A stretch of 63,759 nt of DNA, counting the filler, from Octopus bimaculoides (lineage: Eukaryota), in NCBI RefSeq assembly GCF_001194135.2. It is 5 parts of 5 records of this genome, joined end to end, with 100 filler letters (N's around TTAATTAATTAA, not from the genome) between each part and the next. Parts side by side here need not be neighbours in the genome. Positions count along the whole stretch, not along the records: positions 61,520 to 63,759 come from NW_026314949.1; 4 more parts are not named here. One strand, given 5' to 3'. Of the stretch, positions 62,851-63,759 are shown piece by piece. The notes under the pieces were generated by a model. It was not told the origin of the DNA and made no database searches. It was given only the letters and a program-made list of their open reading frames with translations. Numbering within the stretch: the first letter of the stretch is position 1; the number at the start of each line of letters is the position of its first letter. Both the position numbers and the translations under genes were made by a program.

Positions 62851-63397
62851 CGGCAGTGTCTAAAACGCGAACAGGTCAAGTTTACGTATAAATATTCATT
62901 TTATATATTTGTCTCCTTTTACACAATATTAAAACAAAGGCTAAGAATTTTCTGGAGCAGCACCCCGACTAATTTCATTTACGAACCGCCACTGTCAGCC
63001 TGTGAACTTATCAGCCGACCCTCATAGTTGCAGTTTTCATTGTTTATAAAATGAATTTAAAATGGATTTAATAGTTTTTGCATGGTTTTAAAAGCAAAGA
63101 AATCTTCCATGATGTAATCGCTTCAGTTTTAGCAAAAATCCTATAAATCACATCGATATGAAATACCGGACTGAATATCGGGCAAACGTGGGACCAAAGT
63201 TGCGCGGATTTCTGAATTTTTCAGTTTTCTGGAGACAGTCTAAATATATTTTTAAAAAAATAAAAATGAAATAAACTATGAAAAGTAAAGAACTAAATTC
63301 CTTTAACAGATTTAAATTAATATGTCTTTAAAGTAGGATTTGTTTCATTCTATTAATCAACTTGAAATATATCATACTGTACCAGGCATACAATATA

Positions 63398-63759
63398 TAT
63401 TTTTTTCTACTCTCGGCACATAGTCTGAAATTTTTGGGAAGGGGGCCAGTCGATTAGATCGACCCAATACGCAACTGATACTTAATTTATCGACCCCGAA
63501 AGGATGAAACGCAAAGTCGACCTTGGCGGAATTTGAACTCAGAATGTAAAGACAGACGAAATACCACTAAGCATTTCGCTCGGCGTGTTTAAGTTTCTTA
63601 TTTCTTTATTGCCCACAAGGGGCTAAACATAGAGGGGACAAACAAGGACAGACAAAGAGATTAAGTCGATTAGATCGACTCCAGTGCGTAACACGTACTT
63701 AATTTATCGACCCCGAATGGATGAAAGGCAAAGTCGACCTCCGCGGAATTTGAACTCAG
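63398..63759 (-). mobile_element. Two tandem SINE-B-type copies with different 3' tails; the second runs off the window
   Basis: Both carry TACTTAATTTATCGACCCCGAA..AAGTCGACC..GGAATTTGAACTCAG. The tails differ (63398-63445 versus 63594-63660). Confidence 0.85.

Overview
This is eukaryotic, AT-rich, microsatellite-saturated genomic DNA with many assembly gaps. The SINE families and (TA)/(CA)/(CATA)/(GAT) tracts look like an octopus or other coleoid cephalopod genome; that assignment is an inference, not verified. One protein-coding gene is well supported: MED21 (Mediator subunit 21/SRB7), with four + strand exons at 46569-46610, 51723-51837, 53220-53320 and 55423-55590, all GT-AG introns, 141 aa. 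The rest is mostly transposon debris: two abundant tRNA-headed SINE families (called A and B here), RTE-like and R4/Dong-like LINE fragments, mariner, maT (DD37D) and hAT remnants, several MITEs and foldbacks, and a possible solo LTR. Almost all ORFs in the supplied track are microsatellite or N-gap artefacts. The most notable non-coding signals are: (1) a type I hammerhead ribozyme with an intact catalytic core at 41681-41787, plus several decayed hammerhead-like motifs, one between 79-bp direct repeats; (2) R4/Dong-like 3' ends associated with (CATA)n; (3) an alternating-period array of a GGACTTTTCCAGGAA (STAT/NF-kB-like) motif; (4) a leader-plus-foldback repeat family; (5) a SINE-derived AATAAA just downstream of the MED21 stop codon. 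All alignments, translations and folds were done by eye.
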